This document shows positions 25,691 to 35,359 of a stretch of DNA of 64,000 nucleotides, piece by piece. The translations under genes were made by a program, and so were the position numbers. This DNA is from Thermoplasmata archaeon (lineage in GTDB: Archaea; Thermoplasmatota; Thermoplasmata; Lutacidiplasmatales; UBA184). Under the pieces are notes generated by a model. That model was not told the origin of the DNA, searched no databases, and saw only the letters and a list, made by a program, of their open reading frames with translations. The stretch's first letter is position 1. Each line of letters starts with the position of its first letter. The stretch lies in contig JAKAWX010000001.1 of assembly GCA_021816865.1 (NCBI GenBank), forward strand, positions 40,794 to 104,793, written 5' to 3'.

Positions 25691-26917
25691 TTGCCGTCGA
25701 GCTGTCCCATTTGCGAACAACCGATCGCCTCCACCGCGGCCCACTGCTCGGTGTGCGGGTTCCCGACGGCGCTCGCGATCGAAGGGCTCCGGTCTCTCGG
25801 CGGGTTCGACGGACCGCCGGCCGCCGCGGGGTCCACGTCGCCCGCCGCCTCGGTCGCGGGGCTGCGCCCGAAGGCTCCGACGCCGGCCCCGTCGCCCGAG
25901 GAGGAGCTCAACACGGCGATCAGCCGGGACCTGAGGGCCCGCATGCAGTTCGCCCGCGAGCTCGGCCAGGGCCCCGACCTCACGTCCGAGCTCTGCCACG
26001 CCGCGCTCAGCGAGGCGGAAGGACGGAGCGCGGAGGCGCTCGACATCCTCCGGTCCGCGCAAGGTCGCTACGAGGCGGAGACGGACGAGGTGCTCCAGCA
26101 CCGGCTCGCGACGTTGCGCGAGCGGCAGGACCTTCTCGAGAAGACCGGTGTGCGGTTCGCGCTCGACACCGACTTAGACCGCATCGGCGACGCGAAGCGT
26201 TCGGAGGACCAGGGGGCGGCGATCGCGCTCCTCCTCCAGGCCGAGCGCCGTGTGGGGCAGCTCGAGTCCGACTGGAAAGGGCTCCAGGGTCTCCTCGCCC
26301 AGATCGAGAGCCTGCGGAACGAGGCGCTCGAGCTCGGCATCCCGCTCGGGGAGATCTCGGGGGAGCTCGATGCGATCCACGACCGCCTCCGCACCACCGA
26401 GGTGACCGAGGAGGCGCTCGACTCGTTCGCGCAGGAGGCCGCGCAGGTCCTGATGCTCCTGCACGAAGCGATCCCCGCAGGCCTCGCCCAGGAGCTCACG
26501 AGGCACGAGGAGGCGCTCTCCCGGTTCCCCGAGGACCACGCCCCGAGCGCGGGGGCGCGTCGCCTCGCGCTGGACGTCTCCCGCCATCTCACGAAAGGTC
26601 GGCTCTCCGAAGCCGTCCAGAGCGTCCGCGACCTCCGCCAGGCGATCGCCGAGCTCGAACGGGCGCCCGGACCGGCCCGCGGCGAGCCGGGAGCCTCGCA
26701 TGAGTCCGACGACGAGGCGCTCAACCGTCTCCTCAAGAAGGCCCGGAGCCTGGCGGGCCGCATCCGCACGCTGGCCCCCGACAGCGAGGCCGCGCGGGAC
26801 GCGGCGGTCCAGATCCGCGAGGCGACCGAGCTCTTGCGCGACCGGCAGCTCGAGGAAGCCGACCTCACCCTCACCCGGTTGATGCGGATGCTCGCGAGCG
26901 AGTCGCCGAGGACCTAG
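25691..26917 (+). CDS. Zinc ribbon + alpha-helical repeat protein
   Basis: CPIC...CSVCG at the N-terminus; amphipathic helical repeats; TATA CTTAAG upstream. Confidence 0.75.
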   Translation: MPSSCPICEQPIASTAAHCSVCGFPTALAIEGLRSLGGFDGPPAAAGSTSPAASVAGLRPKAPTPAPSPEEELNTAISRDLRARMQFARELGQGPDLTSELCHAALSEAEGRSAEALDILRSAQGRYEAETDEVLQHRLATLRERQDLLEKTGVRFALDTDLDRIGDAKRSEDQGAAIALLLQAERRVGQLESDWKGLQGLLAQIESLRNEALELGIPLGEISGELDAIHDRLRTTEVTEEALDSFAQEAAQVLMLLHEAIPAGLAQELTRHEEALSRFPEDHAPSAGARRLALDVSRHLTKGRLSEAVQSVRDLRQAIAELERAPGPARGEPGASHESDDEALNRLLKKARSLAGRIRTLAPDSEAARDAAVQIREATELLRDRQLEEADLTLTRLMRMLASESPRT

Positions 26918-26919
26918 CG

Positions 26920-28071
26920 ATGAGCGGCGACACCTCCGTGGACGATACCCCCCTGCGCCCGCGGCTCGAGGCGCTGGTCGCTCAGGGACGCGCGCTGGAG
27001 ACGGAGGGGCTGCCGTTCCCGACCGATCAGGTCGTGCGGGCGTTCGACCAGGCGATGGCCGAGCGGGCGCCAGCCCAGGCGACGACGGTCCTCCGGCGCG
27101 CCGAGGCGCTGCTCGCCCGGGTCCGGACCGACTGGACCTGGGTCCGTGAGCTCCTCCGCCGCGTCGACGAACTGCGCGCCGTCGCCGAGACGATCGGCGT
27201 CGACGTCGCGCACCTCGACCACCGGGTCGGGAATCCCCGCGAACACCTCGCGAGCGAGCCGCTCAGCGCCGGGTCCCTTGAAAAAGCCGCGGCGAGCGCG
27301 TCGCTCGCCCTCGCCGTGCTCAACGACGCGGTCCCGAAGTTCATCGTCAGGGAGGCCGAGCCGCTCGGTGCGTCGATCCGCCGCGCCCGCGACCGCGGCG
27401 AGGATGTCCGGGAGCCGGCGAAGTCGTTCGCCCTCCTGCTCCAGGCGGTCCAGGACCACAACGTCCCGACCGCGGCCCAGCGCCTGGTCGAGACCCGACG
27501 CAGCGTCGCCCGCATCCCGCGCGCGCCGCCGATGCCCGCGATCTCCCCGAAAGAGGAGGAGGAGATCCTTAGCGAGGCCCGGAACCTGGCCCGCCGGCTC
27601 CAGCAGATCAAGGGAAAGGCGCGCAACGCGCAGAGCGCCGCGCGTCTGATGGCGCAGGTCCGCGCCGCGATCAGCGAGGAGCGACGGTACGGGACCCCCG
27701 AGGAGGAGATCGAGGCGCTCTGGGCCGAGGTCGACCGGATCACGAAGGAGAAGAAGCGCGCGAGCGCGGGCCCGCCGCTCGCCCCAGTTCCCGAGGCCGA
27801 CGGGTCCGAGAGCCTTTCGGATCCGATCCTCGCCGACCGGGCGCCTGCCGAACCCGCGGCGAACCCGCCGGCTAGGCCTGCGCCCGGCACGAACGACACG
27901 GAGACGGCCGACCGCCCGGAGGAGCCCGAGGACGCCGACGAGCGGCTCTACCGCTCGTCCCTGTACGTGCCGTACGCTCCCCCCGACTACCCCGCCCCCG
28001 GCGGGGAGGAGGCGACCGCGTCGGCCGAGGCGCTCGGACGCGGACGTCCGAGACCCCGGGGTCGCCCGTAA
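26920..28071 (+). CDS. Alpha-helical/coiled-coil hypothetical protein
   Basis: 2 nt after the previous stop; helical repeats with G.D/P-type turns; disordered tail. Confidence 0.75.
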   Translation: MSGDTSVDDTPLRPRLEALVAQGRALETEGLPFPTDQVVRAFDQAMAERAPAQATTVLRRAEALLARVRTDWTWVRELLRRVDELRAVAETIGVDVAHLDHRVGNPREHLASEPLSAGSLEKAAASASLALAVLNDAVPKFIVREAEPLGASIRRARDRGEDVREPAKSFALLLQAVQDHNVPTAAQRLVETRRSVARIPRAPPMPAISPKEEEEILSEARNLARRLQQIKGKARNAQSAARLMAQVRAAISEERRYGTPEEEIEALWAEVDRITKEKKRASAGPPLAPVPEADGSESLSDPILADRAPAEPAANPPARPAPGTNDTETADRPEEPEDADERLYRSSLYVPYAPPDYPAPGGEEATASAEALGRGRPRPRGRP

Positions 28072-28105
28072 TCCTTATATAGGTATCGCAAGTGGTTTAT
28101 ACCAC

Positions 28106-28372
28106 TTGTCGCGAGGCGGCGACCGCTCGGCATCCCCCGACGTCGGGACGGTCCTCGCGGTCACTCCCACCGGTCAGTTCACGGTCCGCTCGCGGTCCGC
28201 GGACGTCGCACCGGAGGGGACGCTGGTGCGGGACGCGCGGGGCACCGTGCGCGGTCGGGTCGTCCGGGTCTTCGGTCCGGTCGCCCGACCCTACCTTACG
28301 GTACGCCCGCGGCGCCCCCCAACGCCCGCCGAGGGTCTCGCGCTCCTCGGCACGACCCTGATCCGAGAGTAG
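28106..28372 (+). CDS. gar1: Gar1/Naf1 H/ACA RNP protein
   Basis: GRVVRVFGPVARPY motif; immediately upstream of tfb, a conserved archaeal arrangement. Confidence 0.85.
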   Translation: MSRGGDRSASPDVGTVLAVTPTGQFTVRSRSADVAPEGTLVRDARGTVRGRVVRVFGPVARPYLTVRPRRPPTPAEGLALLGTTLIRE

Positions 28373-28383
28373 GTGGGTAGAGA

Positions 28384-29352
28384 ATGCCGAACGGCGAAGC
28401 TCCGACGAACCCGGAAAAGCGCTCGGCCACCGCGGAGGACGTCGTCGTCGCCACCCGATGCACGAGTTGCGGATCGAACCACCTGACGCGCGACTACGAA
28501 CGGGGGGAGCTCGTCTGCGACGAGTGCGGCCTCGTCCTCGAGGAGTCGATGATCGACCAGGGCCCGGACTGGCGGGCGTTCGACGCCGAGCAGGGCGAGA
28601 AACGCGCCCGCACGGGCGCCCCGACGACGTTGACGATCCACGACAAGGGCCTCTCGACCGAGATCGGCTGGAAGAACCGCGACCCGTACGGGAAATCGAT
28701 CCCGACCCGCAACCGGGCGCAGCTCTACCGCCTGCGCAAGTGGCAACGGCGCATCCGGGTCTCCAACGCGACCGAGCGAAACCTCGCGTTCGCGCTGGCC
28801 GAGCTCGACCGCATCGCGTCGGGGATGGCGCTCCCGCGCAACGTGCGCGAGACCGCCGCGATGATCTACCGTAAGGCGGTCAACCGCAACCTCATCCGGG
28901 GCCGCTCGATCGAGGGCGTCGTCGCCGCGTCGCTCTACGGGAGCTGCCGCCAGTGCAACGTCCCGCGAACGCTCGACGAGATCGCCTCGAAATCGCGGAT
29001 CGGTCGCAAGGAGATCGGGCGGACGTACCGATTCATGACCCGCGAGCTCCACCTCAAGCTGATGCCGACGAGGCCGCAGGACTACATCCAGCGGTTCTGC
29101 TCGGAGCTGAAGCTCAAGGGCGAGATCCAGACGCGCGCGAACGAGATCCTCAAGGAGGCGACCGAGCGCGAGCTGACGAGCGGTCGGGGCCCGACCGGCG
29201 TCGCCGCGGCGGCGATCTACATCGCGAGCGTCCAGTGCGGGGAGCGGCGGACCCAGCGCGAGGTCGCCGAGGTCGCCGGCGTCACGGAAGTGACGATCCG
29301 CAACCGCTACAAGGAGCTCACCGAGAAGCTCAACCTTCGGGTGATGCTCTAG
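28384..29352 (+). CDS. tfb: Transcription initiation factor IIB
   Basis: CTSC...CDEC ribbon, [38 protein letters not shown]. Confidence 0.98.
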   Translation: MPNGEAPTNPEKRSATAEDVVVATRCTSCGSNHLTRDYERGELVCDECGLVLEESMIDQGPDWRAFDAEQGEKRARTGAPTTLTIHDKGLSTEIGWKNRDPYGKSIPTRNRAQLYRLRKWQRRIRVSNATERNLAFALAELDRIASGMALPRNVRETAAMIYRKAVNRNLIRGRSIEGVVAASLYGSCRQCNVPRTLDEIASKSRIGRKEIGRTYRFMTRELHLKLMPTRPQDYIQRFCSELKLKGEIQTRANEILKEATERELTSGRGPTGVAAAAIYIASVQCGERRTQREVAEVAGVTEVTIRNRYKELTEKLNLRVML

Positions 29353-29445
29353 AGGAGTCCGGTGCCCGCCGGCGTGGAACGGCGCGCGATACGGCGGCGC
29401 ACCCCGGGGCGCAGGCCCTAAATCGGACCGGACGCTGGGCGGTCC

Positions 29446-29850
29446 ATGGCACGCGGGATCGACGTCGGGATCTATCTTCGGCCGGGAATCCCCGACGAGG
29501 CGTTCGTCGCCGGAGCGCTCGGCAACCTGGCCGCGCTCCAACTCGAGCGGGAGCGCGGAGAAGCGCTCGAGTGGCAGGTCCTCCGGGTCGAGGGGAGCCG
29601 CCCCCACCATTACCGCCTGGTCGTGCGCCATCCCGCGCGGGCGCTCGATTTCGGTCTCCGGGGGAACCTCGGCCGCGTGCTCGACCAGCTCTCGGCCGAG
29701 AGCTCGGAGGAGCTCCGGGCGCGATTGCGGGCTGCGGTCGCCGCGGGGGCGAAGCCGGTGGCGCTGCGCACGGTCCGCGACGAGGTCGACTTCTGGCAGG
29801 ACGACTTCTGGACGTTCCTCGGCGGACCGATGGGGTTCGGCCCGATCTGA
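29446..29850 (+). CDS. Hypothetical protein
   Basis: Coding-like codon usage; TATA-like CCTAAAT ~25 nt upstream; no family recognised. Confidence 0.7.
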   Translation: MARGIDVGIYLRPGIPDEAFVAGALGNLAALQLERERGEALEWQVLRVEGSRPHHYRLVVRHPARALDFGLRGNLGRVLDQLSAESSEELRARLRAAVAAGAKPVALRTVRDEVDFWQDDFWTFLGGPMGFGPI

Positions 29851-29914
29851 CCGGGAGGCCGCGTCCCTGCCGCATCACCGGGTCACCCTCGTCGCGGACC
29901 AGGACGCGGGCTGG

Positions 29915-30349
29915 GTGTTCGTCACCGAACCGGACGAGCCGCTCGCGCGATGGCTCACGGCCGGTGCGGAACGGGACTGGGGGGACGCACGGACCCTCGG
30001 GATGGCCCCGGGCCAGCCGGTCCTCTTCCTCCGGGCCGGGGGATCCGGGGCGTGGTGGGTCGGTTCGGGGAGGGTCGTCGAGGTCACCGAGCGGTGGAAG
30101 GCGTTCGGCGTCCGCACCCGGTGCGTGCGCCGGTCCTCGCCGCCGATACCGGCGGTACCGCCCGACGCCGTCCCGACCTCGGGTCCGGTCGCGTGGGAGA
30201 ACCGCGCGCTCGCCGCCCGGCTGGGGCTCGACCGGTTCCGCAGCCGCACGCCGTACCTCGACGCCTCGCGGGCGATGCGACTGACGAGCCTCGACCTCGA
30301 CCGCCTCGAGCAGATCCAGCCTCGGCTCGTAGCCCTCTGGCCGGAGTGA
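29915..30349 (+). CDS. Divergent EVE/PUA-like domain protein (start uncertain)
   Basis: W.FVT...MAPGQPVLFL...VGSGRVV...MRLTSLDLDRL follows the EVE topology pattern. Confidence 0.55.
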   Translation: MFVTEPDEPLARWLTAGAERDWGDARTLGMAPGQPVLFLRAGGSGAWWVGSGRVVEVTERWKAFGVRTRCVRRSSPPIPAVPPDAVPTSGPVAWENRALAARLGLDRFRSRTPYLDASRAMRLTSLDLDRLEQIQPRLVALWPE

Positions 30350-30494
30350 GCCGTCGGGGGACCGCTTCCGAGTTCCTGGCCCGCGACCGCTCGGCCGCGC
30401 GGCACCGCCGCGCGAGCACCCCCCGGGGTCCCCCATGCGCTCGCTCCGGCGCAACCGTCTTCTAATCGCTTCCGGTCGTGCGGGCGTGGCGCGG

Positions 30495-31145
30495 ATGCTC
30501 TCGGTCGGGGTCCTCGTTTCGGGCGAAGGCACGACGCTCGACGCGCTCGCCGAGCTCGCGCTCGGCCATCATCTGCCCGCGCGGATCGCGCTGGTCGTCT
30601 CCGACCGCCCGCACGCGCCGGCGATCGAGAAGGCACGACGGCGAGGGCTCCCGACGCTCGTGCTCCCGTCGCGGGGGGTCGACCCCCGGGGATGGGGAGA
30701 CCGGCTGACCGAGGCGCTCGAGTCGCACGGGGTCGAGCTCGTCCTCCTCGCGGGCTTTCTCACGATCCTCCCGGACGACTGGGTCCGGCGCTGGCGCGGC
30801 CGCGCCGTGAACCTCCACCCGTCGCTCCTCCCGAAGTACGGCGGGCCCGGCATGTACGGGCCGCGCGTCCACCGGGCCGTCCTGGCCGCCGGCGACGCGG
30901 AGAGCGGGGCGACCGTCCACCTCGTCACCGGGGACGTCGACGCGGGACCGCCGATCGCCCAGGCGCGGATCCCCGTCCTCCCCGGCGACACGCCCGAAAC
31001 CCTCCGGGCGCGGTTGCACCCGGTCGAGGTCGAGCTCGTCGCCGAGACGCTCCGACGGTTCGCCGACGGGAGTTACCCGCTCCCTCACCCCGGTCGCGAA
31101 GAGTCGGCCGTGCGCGGACCCGGCGGGTCCGACCGGCCCCGGTGA
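30495..31145 (+). CDS. purN: Phosphoribosylglycinamide formyltransferase
   Basis: VLVSGEG, LAGF, NLHPSLLPKYGG, GATVH.V...D.GP. Confidence 0.95.
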   Translation: MLSVGVLVSGEGTTLDALAELALGHHLPARIALVVSDRPHAPAIEKARRRGLPTLVLPSRGVDPRGWGDRLTEALESHGVELVLLAGFLTILPDDWVRRWRGRAVNLHPSLLPKYGGPGMYGPRVHRAVLAAGDAESGATVHLVTGDVDAGPPIAQARIPVLPGDTPETLRARLHPVEVELVAETLRRFADGSYPLPHPGREESAVRGPGGSDRPR

Positions 31146-31576
31146 ACCGATCCGGGGCTTTCGCCGTGGAAGAGGTCGGCGAGCGGCGTCGGTCGGAGCG
31201 GCAGCTCCGAGCGCACGCGATGCCGGGTCGTCTTCGGCGGGTAGAGGGCCCCCGAACGGGCGCGCCGGACGACCTCGGCTTTCGTGATCGGGAGGCCCGG
31301 ACGCCACGGTTCGAGCGAGACGATGTCGGTCTCGTAGTCGAGGACCCACGCGGGCGCGCGGACCGCGCGCAGCCGCTTGAGCGCCTCCACCCGGTGGTGG
31401 CCGTTCAGGATCACGAACGAGCCCCGCGCCACCCAGATCGGATCGGCGAAGACTCCGGTGCGGCGGATCTCCTCGACGAGCTCCGCCACGTTCGCCTCTT
31501 CGACCTCCTCGTGGGCGCGCAGGCGCTCGATCGGCACGAGCACGAACTCGGGTTCGTGCGACGCGGACGGCGTCAT
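31085..31576 (-). CDS. ParB/Srx-fold protein (SerK/SbnI-like kinase domain)
   Basis: LRAHEE, DPIWV, ILNGHHR..AL, PPKTTRH. ATG overlaps the stop of the hcrB-like gene. Confidence 0.8.
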   Translation of the reverse strand: MTPSASHEPEFVLVPIERLRAHEEVEEANVAELVEEIRRTGVFADPIWVARGSFVILNGHHRVEALKRLRAVRAPAWVLDYETDIVSLEPWRPGLPITKAEVVRRARSGALYPPKTTRHRVRSELPLRPTPLADLFHGESPGSVHRGRSDPPGPRTADSSRPG

Positions 31577-32556
31577 CCCGCCGACCCCTCTCGGGCCTCG
31601 GCCAGCGCGCGCCGCACGTAGACGCCGACCATCCGGCGCCGGTAGTCCGGAGGCAGGAAGGTGTTGTGGACCGGACGGACGCGACGTTGCACCTCGTCGG
31701 CGAGGCGATTCACGGTCTCGGGGGTGAGCGGCGCCCCGACGAGGGGGTCGGTCAGGTCGTCGAAGCGTCGCGGCAACGTCTCGACCCCGCCGACCGCGAG
31801 CCGCAACGACCGCACGCGGTCCGAGTCCCACGCACCGGCGACCGCTACGCCCAGTTCCGGGAAGTCGTAGGACGGTCGCACCCGGAGCTTCTTGTAGCGC
31901 GCCCGCCGGCCCGGGGCCCCCGGCGGCAAGTGGACGGCGACCAGCAGGTCGCCCGGCGCAAGCCGCGTGCGTCGGATCCCGTCCCCGGCCGGGTCGTAGA
32001 GCGCCCCGAGCGGCAGGCGGCGGCGCCCCGTCGGACCGGCCACCTCCACCTCCGCGTCCAGCACGAGGAGCGCCGGCGCGAGGTCGCCCGAGAACGTCGC
32101 GTAGCACCGTTCGGCCTGGGGCACGACGTGGCAACGGTCCCCGTCGGCCTTCAGGCAGAACCCGAGGCTCGAACGCCAGAAGTAGCTCTGGTTGAAGAAG
32201 AAGCAGCGCGTGTCGACCAGGAGGTTCCCCCCGACGGTTCCGCTCGAGCGCACGAGCGGCGTCGCGACCTCGCCGATCGCGTCCGAGAGGCCCGGGTGGA
32301 CCCGGCCGAACGCGCGGTCGGCCTCGAGGTCGGCGAGCCGCTCCATCGCGCCGAGCCGCGTCTCGGAATGACCGCGAAGCTCGCCCACGTCCTCGAGGGC
32401 GACCAGGTGCGGTTTCGCGTTGAGGTGCATCTTGTAGTTGGGGAGGAGGTCCGTGCCTCCGGCCAGGTAGTCGAAGCGGCCGGCGAGCTCGGTCGCGAGC
32501 CGCACGACCTCGTCGACCGTCGTCGGCCGGTGGAGCTCGAACGGGTCGAGGTGCAC
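31573..32556 (-). CDS. hcrB: FAD/[4Fe-4S] subunit, 4-hydroxybenzoyl-CoA reductase beta-like
   Basis: AGGTDLLPN, TVGGNL; Cys insert RC..FNQS..WR...CLK..GD.CHV.....C; KLRVR.S.DFP. Confidence 0.82.
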   Translation of the reverse strand: MHLDPFELHRPTTVDEVVRLATELAGRFDYLAGGTDLLPNYKMHLNAKPHLVALEDVGELRGHSETRLGAMERLADLEADRAFGRVHPGLSDAIGEVATPLVRSSGTVGGNLLVDTRCFFFNQSYFWRSSLGFCLKADGDRCHVVPQAERCYATFSGDLAPALLVLDAEVEVAGPTGRRRLPLGALYDPAGDGIRRTRLAPGDLLVAVHLPPGAPGRRARYKKLRVRPSYDFPELGVAVAGAWDSDRVRSLRLAVGGVETLPRRFDDLTDPLVGAPLTPETVNRLADEVQRRVRPVHNTFLPPDYRRRMVGVYVRRALAEAREGSAG

Positions 32557-32561
32557 CGGTC

Positions 32562-34889
32562 TCAGGCCCCCTTCCACGGACGGTGCTCGGCCGCGCGGAG
32601 GTCGAGCCCGCGCAGCACGCGGTCGGGCGTGATCGGGAGCTCGTGGAACCGCACGCCGACCGCGTCGTAGAGCGCGTTTCCCACCGCGGGGAGAGTCGCG
32701 ATCAGCGGGCCCTCGCCCGCCTCCTTGGCGCCGAACGGGCCCTCGGGGTCGTCGTCGCCCACGAGGAGGATCTCGACCTTCGGCATCTGCTGGGGCATCG
32801 GGATCTTGTACTCGAGCAGGGAGGGGTTGAGGAGCCGGCTCGACCGATAGTTCATCGACTCCCCCATCACCTGACCGAGTCCCATGTGGATCGAGCCCTC
32901 GATCTGCCCCTCCACCGCGAGGCGGTTGAGCGCGCGGCCGCAATCGAACGCGGCCCAGAGGCGAGGGATCCGGTACGCCCCGGTCTCGACGTCGACGTCG
33001 ACCTCGGCGACGTACGCCGCGAACGAGTACGCGGGCGCCGTTCCCGCCCGGGCTCCCTTGAACGTCCCGCCCAGCGTCGGGGAACGGTACGACCCCGAGG
33101 CCGTGAGGGCGCCCGACGTCTCCATCGCGGCATGCAGCGCGTCGAGGAACGTCACGAAGCGGTCCGGCCGACCCCGAACGGCGATCCGTTCGTGCCCGAC
33201 CTCGAGCGATCCGGCCGGTTCCCCGAGGGTCCGGGCGGCGGCCGCGACGAGCCGGTCGCGGAGCGACTCCGCGGCCTCGCGCGCCGCGTTCCCCATCATG
33301 AACGTCACCCGGCTCGAGTAGGAGCCGAGGTCGACGGGGCTCACGTCCGAGTCGACGCGCTGGACGTGGACGCGCTCGAGGTCGACGCCCAGCACCTCGG
33401 CGACGATCGCGGCGAGGAGCGTGTTCGACCCCTGGCCGATGTCGGCCTGCATCGAGTGGACGGCGATCCCGCCGTCCATGTCGACCTTGAGGTGGACCGT
33501 CGACTGCGGCATCTTCGGCGTGAAGTGGATCGGGCTGTTCGAGCCCGAGATGTAGAACCCGCAGCCGAGGCCGACGCCCCGGCCGTAGGGCAGCCGACGG
33601 AACTTCGCGTCCCAGCCGCTGCGCTCGCGCACGGCGGTGAGGCACTTCACGAACGACGTCGACGTGATGCGGAACTGGTTGATGGTCGTCGAGTTCGGCG
33701 GGAGCGCGTTGCGCTCCCTCAGGTCGAAGGGGTCTACCCCCAACTTCTCGGCGAGCGCGTCGAGCGCGAGCTCGATCGAATAGCGGAGGTTCGTCCCCCC
33801 GTGCGCGCGCATCGCGCCGGACGGAGGCTTCGTCGTGTAGACCCGTTGGCCCTTGTAGCGGAAGTTCGGGACCCGGTAGGGACCCATCGCGAGGACCCCG
33901 TTGTAGTACGTCGTGACCGTGCCGAACGAGCTCCACGCGCCGCCGTCGATCAGCGCCTCGATGTCGTAGCCGAGGAAAGTGCCGTCCGCATCCGCCGCGA
34001 TCCGCACGTCGTTCTGGGTCGGGTGCCGACCGTGGTTCGTGTAGAACACGTCCTCGCGGTCGAAGAGGATCTTGACCGGTCGCCCGGTCTCGAGCGCGAG
34101 CGCCGCGCAGACGATCTCGTGCGGAAGGGGGTCCGACTTGCCCCCGAACCCGCCACCGACCTCGGGCTTGATCACGCGGATGCGGTGCATCGGGATCTCG
34201 AGCACTTCGGAGAGGGTGCGGTGGAGGTAGTGGGGAACCTGCGTCGCGCTCCAGACCGTGAGGCGCCCGTCGGGCGTCGCCTCCGCGACGGTCGCCATCG
34301 GTTCGGTGAAGGCGTGGGTCACACCCGCGAACCGGCCCCGGACCCGGACCGTCACGGCCGCCCTCGCGAACGCGGCGTCGACGTCCCCGAAATGCTGGAC
34401 GACCTCTTTCTGGATGTTCGAACCGAGGAGCCCGCGCGCGTGGATCGGTTCGGCGACCTTCGAGAGCCCGGACCGGGGGTCCGAGTACTCGGGCAACGGC
34501 TCGACCTTGAACCGAACGAGCGAGAGCGCCTTCTCCGCGGTGAGCTCGTCCGTCGCCGCGACCGCCGCGACGATGTCGCCGATGTACCGGGCCTTCCCGA
34601 CGGCGATCGCGGTCTCGTCGTGCGTGATGGGCAGGACCCCGAACGGGGTGGGGTACCGGTCCCCGGTAAGGACGGCGAGGACCCCCGGGAGCGCACGGGC
34701 CGCCCGCACGTCGACCGACACGAGGCGGGCGTGCGGCCACGGGCTCCGCAACAGGCGGCCGACGAGCATGCCGGGGCGCTGGATGTCGTCGGTGTACTCC
34801 GCGCGGCCGGTGACCTTGAGGGGTCCCTCGACGTACGGGATCCGCCCCCCCAGGAGGCGGTACGGCCCGGGCTCGGGCGACGACATCAT
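32562..34889 (-). CDS. hcrA: Molybdopterin subunit, 4-hydroxybenzoyl-CoA reductase alpha-like (xanthine oxidase family)
   Basis: KVTGRAEYTDD, GGGFGGK, GAMRAHG, DIGQGS, GSYSSRVT, GAKEAGEG. Confidence 0.82.
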   Translation of the reverse strand: MMSSPEPGPYRLLGGRIPYVEGPLKVTGRAEYTDDIQRPGMLVGRLLRSPWPHARLVSVDVRAARALPGVLAVLTGDRYPTPFGVLPITHDETAIAVGKARYIGDIVAAVAATDELTAEKALSLVRFKVEPLPEYSDPRSGLSKVAEPIHARGLLGSNIQKEVVQHFGDVDAAFARAAVTVRVRGRFAGVTHAFTEPMATVAEATPDGRLTVWSATQVPHYLHRTLSEVLEIPMHRIRVIKPEVGGGFGGKSDPLPHEIVCAALALETGRPVKILFDREDVFYTNHGRHPTQNDVRIAADADGTFLGYDIEALIDGGAWSSFGTVTTYYNGVLAMGPYRVPNFRYKGQRVYTTKPPSGAMRAHGGTNLRYSIELALDALAEKLGVDPFDLRERNALPPNSTTINQFRITSTSFVKCLTAVRERSGWDAKFRRLPYGRGVGLGCGFYISGSNSPIHFTPKMPQSTVHLKVDMDGGIAVHSMQADIGQGSNTLLAAIVAEVLGVDLERVHVQRVDSDVSPVDLGSYSSRVTFMMGNAAREAAESLRDRLVAAAARTLGEPAGSLEVGHERIAVRGRPDRFVTFLDALHAAMETSGALTASGSYRSPTLGGTFKGARAGTAPAYSFAAYVAEVDVDVETGAYRIPRLWAAFDCGRALNRLAVEGQIEGSIHMGLGQVMGESMNYRSSRLLNPSLLEYKIPMPQQMPKVEILLVGDDDPEGPFGAKEAGEGPLIATLPAVGNALYDAVGVRFHELPITPDRVLRGLDLRAAEHRPWKGA

Positions 34890-35359
34890 CCCTCCGTCCG
34901 CGCGGCGCTTTCGATCGCCTCGATGATCTTGAGGTAGCCCGTGCACCGGCACAGGTTCCCCGAGATCGCGCGTTCGATCTCGGCCCGACTGGGTCGGGGG
35001 TTCGAGCGCAGGAGCGCGGTCGCGGTCACGACGAACCCGGGGGTGCAGAAGCCGCACTGGGTCGCGCCGTGCGCCACGAAGGCAGCCTGGACGGGGTTGA
35101 GGCCGCGCGGCGGCGAGACCCCCTCGATCGTCTCCACCGAGCGGCCGTCGACGAGCCGGGCGAGCGTGAGGCAGCTCAGGGTCGGGCGGCCGTCGACGAG
35201 GACCGTGCAGCACCCGCAGGTGCCGAGGTCGCAACCCCGTTTCGTGCCCGTGAGCCGGAGGTCCTCTCGCAACAGGTCGAGAAGGACCCGGGGCGACGGG
35301 CATGGGACGTCGACCGGGTGGCCGTTCAAGCGGAAGCTAAGGAGATCTCGGGACGACAT
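34886..35359 (-). CDS. hcrC: 2x[2Fe-2S] subunit (HcrC/CoxS-like)
   Basis: GTKRGCDLGTCGCCTV, QCGFCTPG, GNLCRCTGY. Confidence 0.88.
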   Translation of the reverse strand: MSSRDLLSFRLNGHPVDVPCPSPRVLLDLLREDLRLTGTKRGCDLGTCGCCTVLVDGRPTLSCLTLARLVDGRSVETIEGVSPPRGLNPVQAAFVAHGATQCGFCTPGFVVTATALLRSNPRPSRAEIERAISGNLCRCTGYLKIIEAIESAARTEG

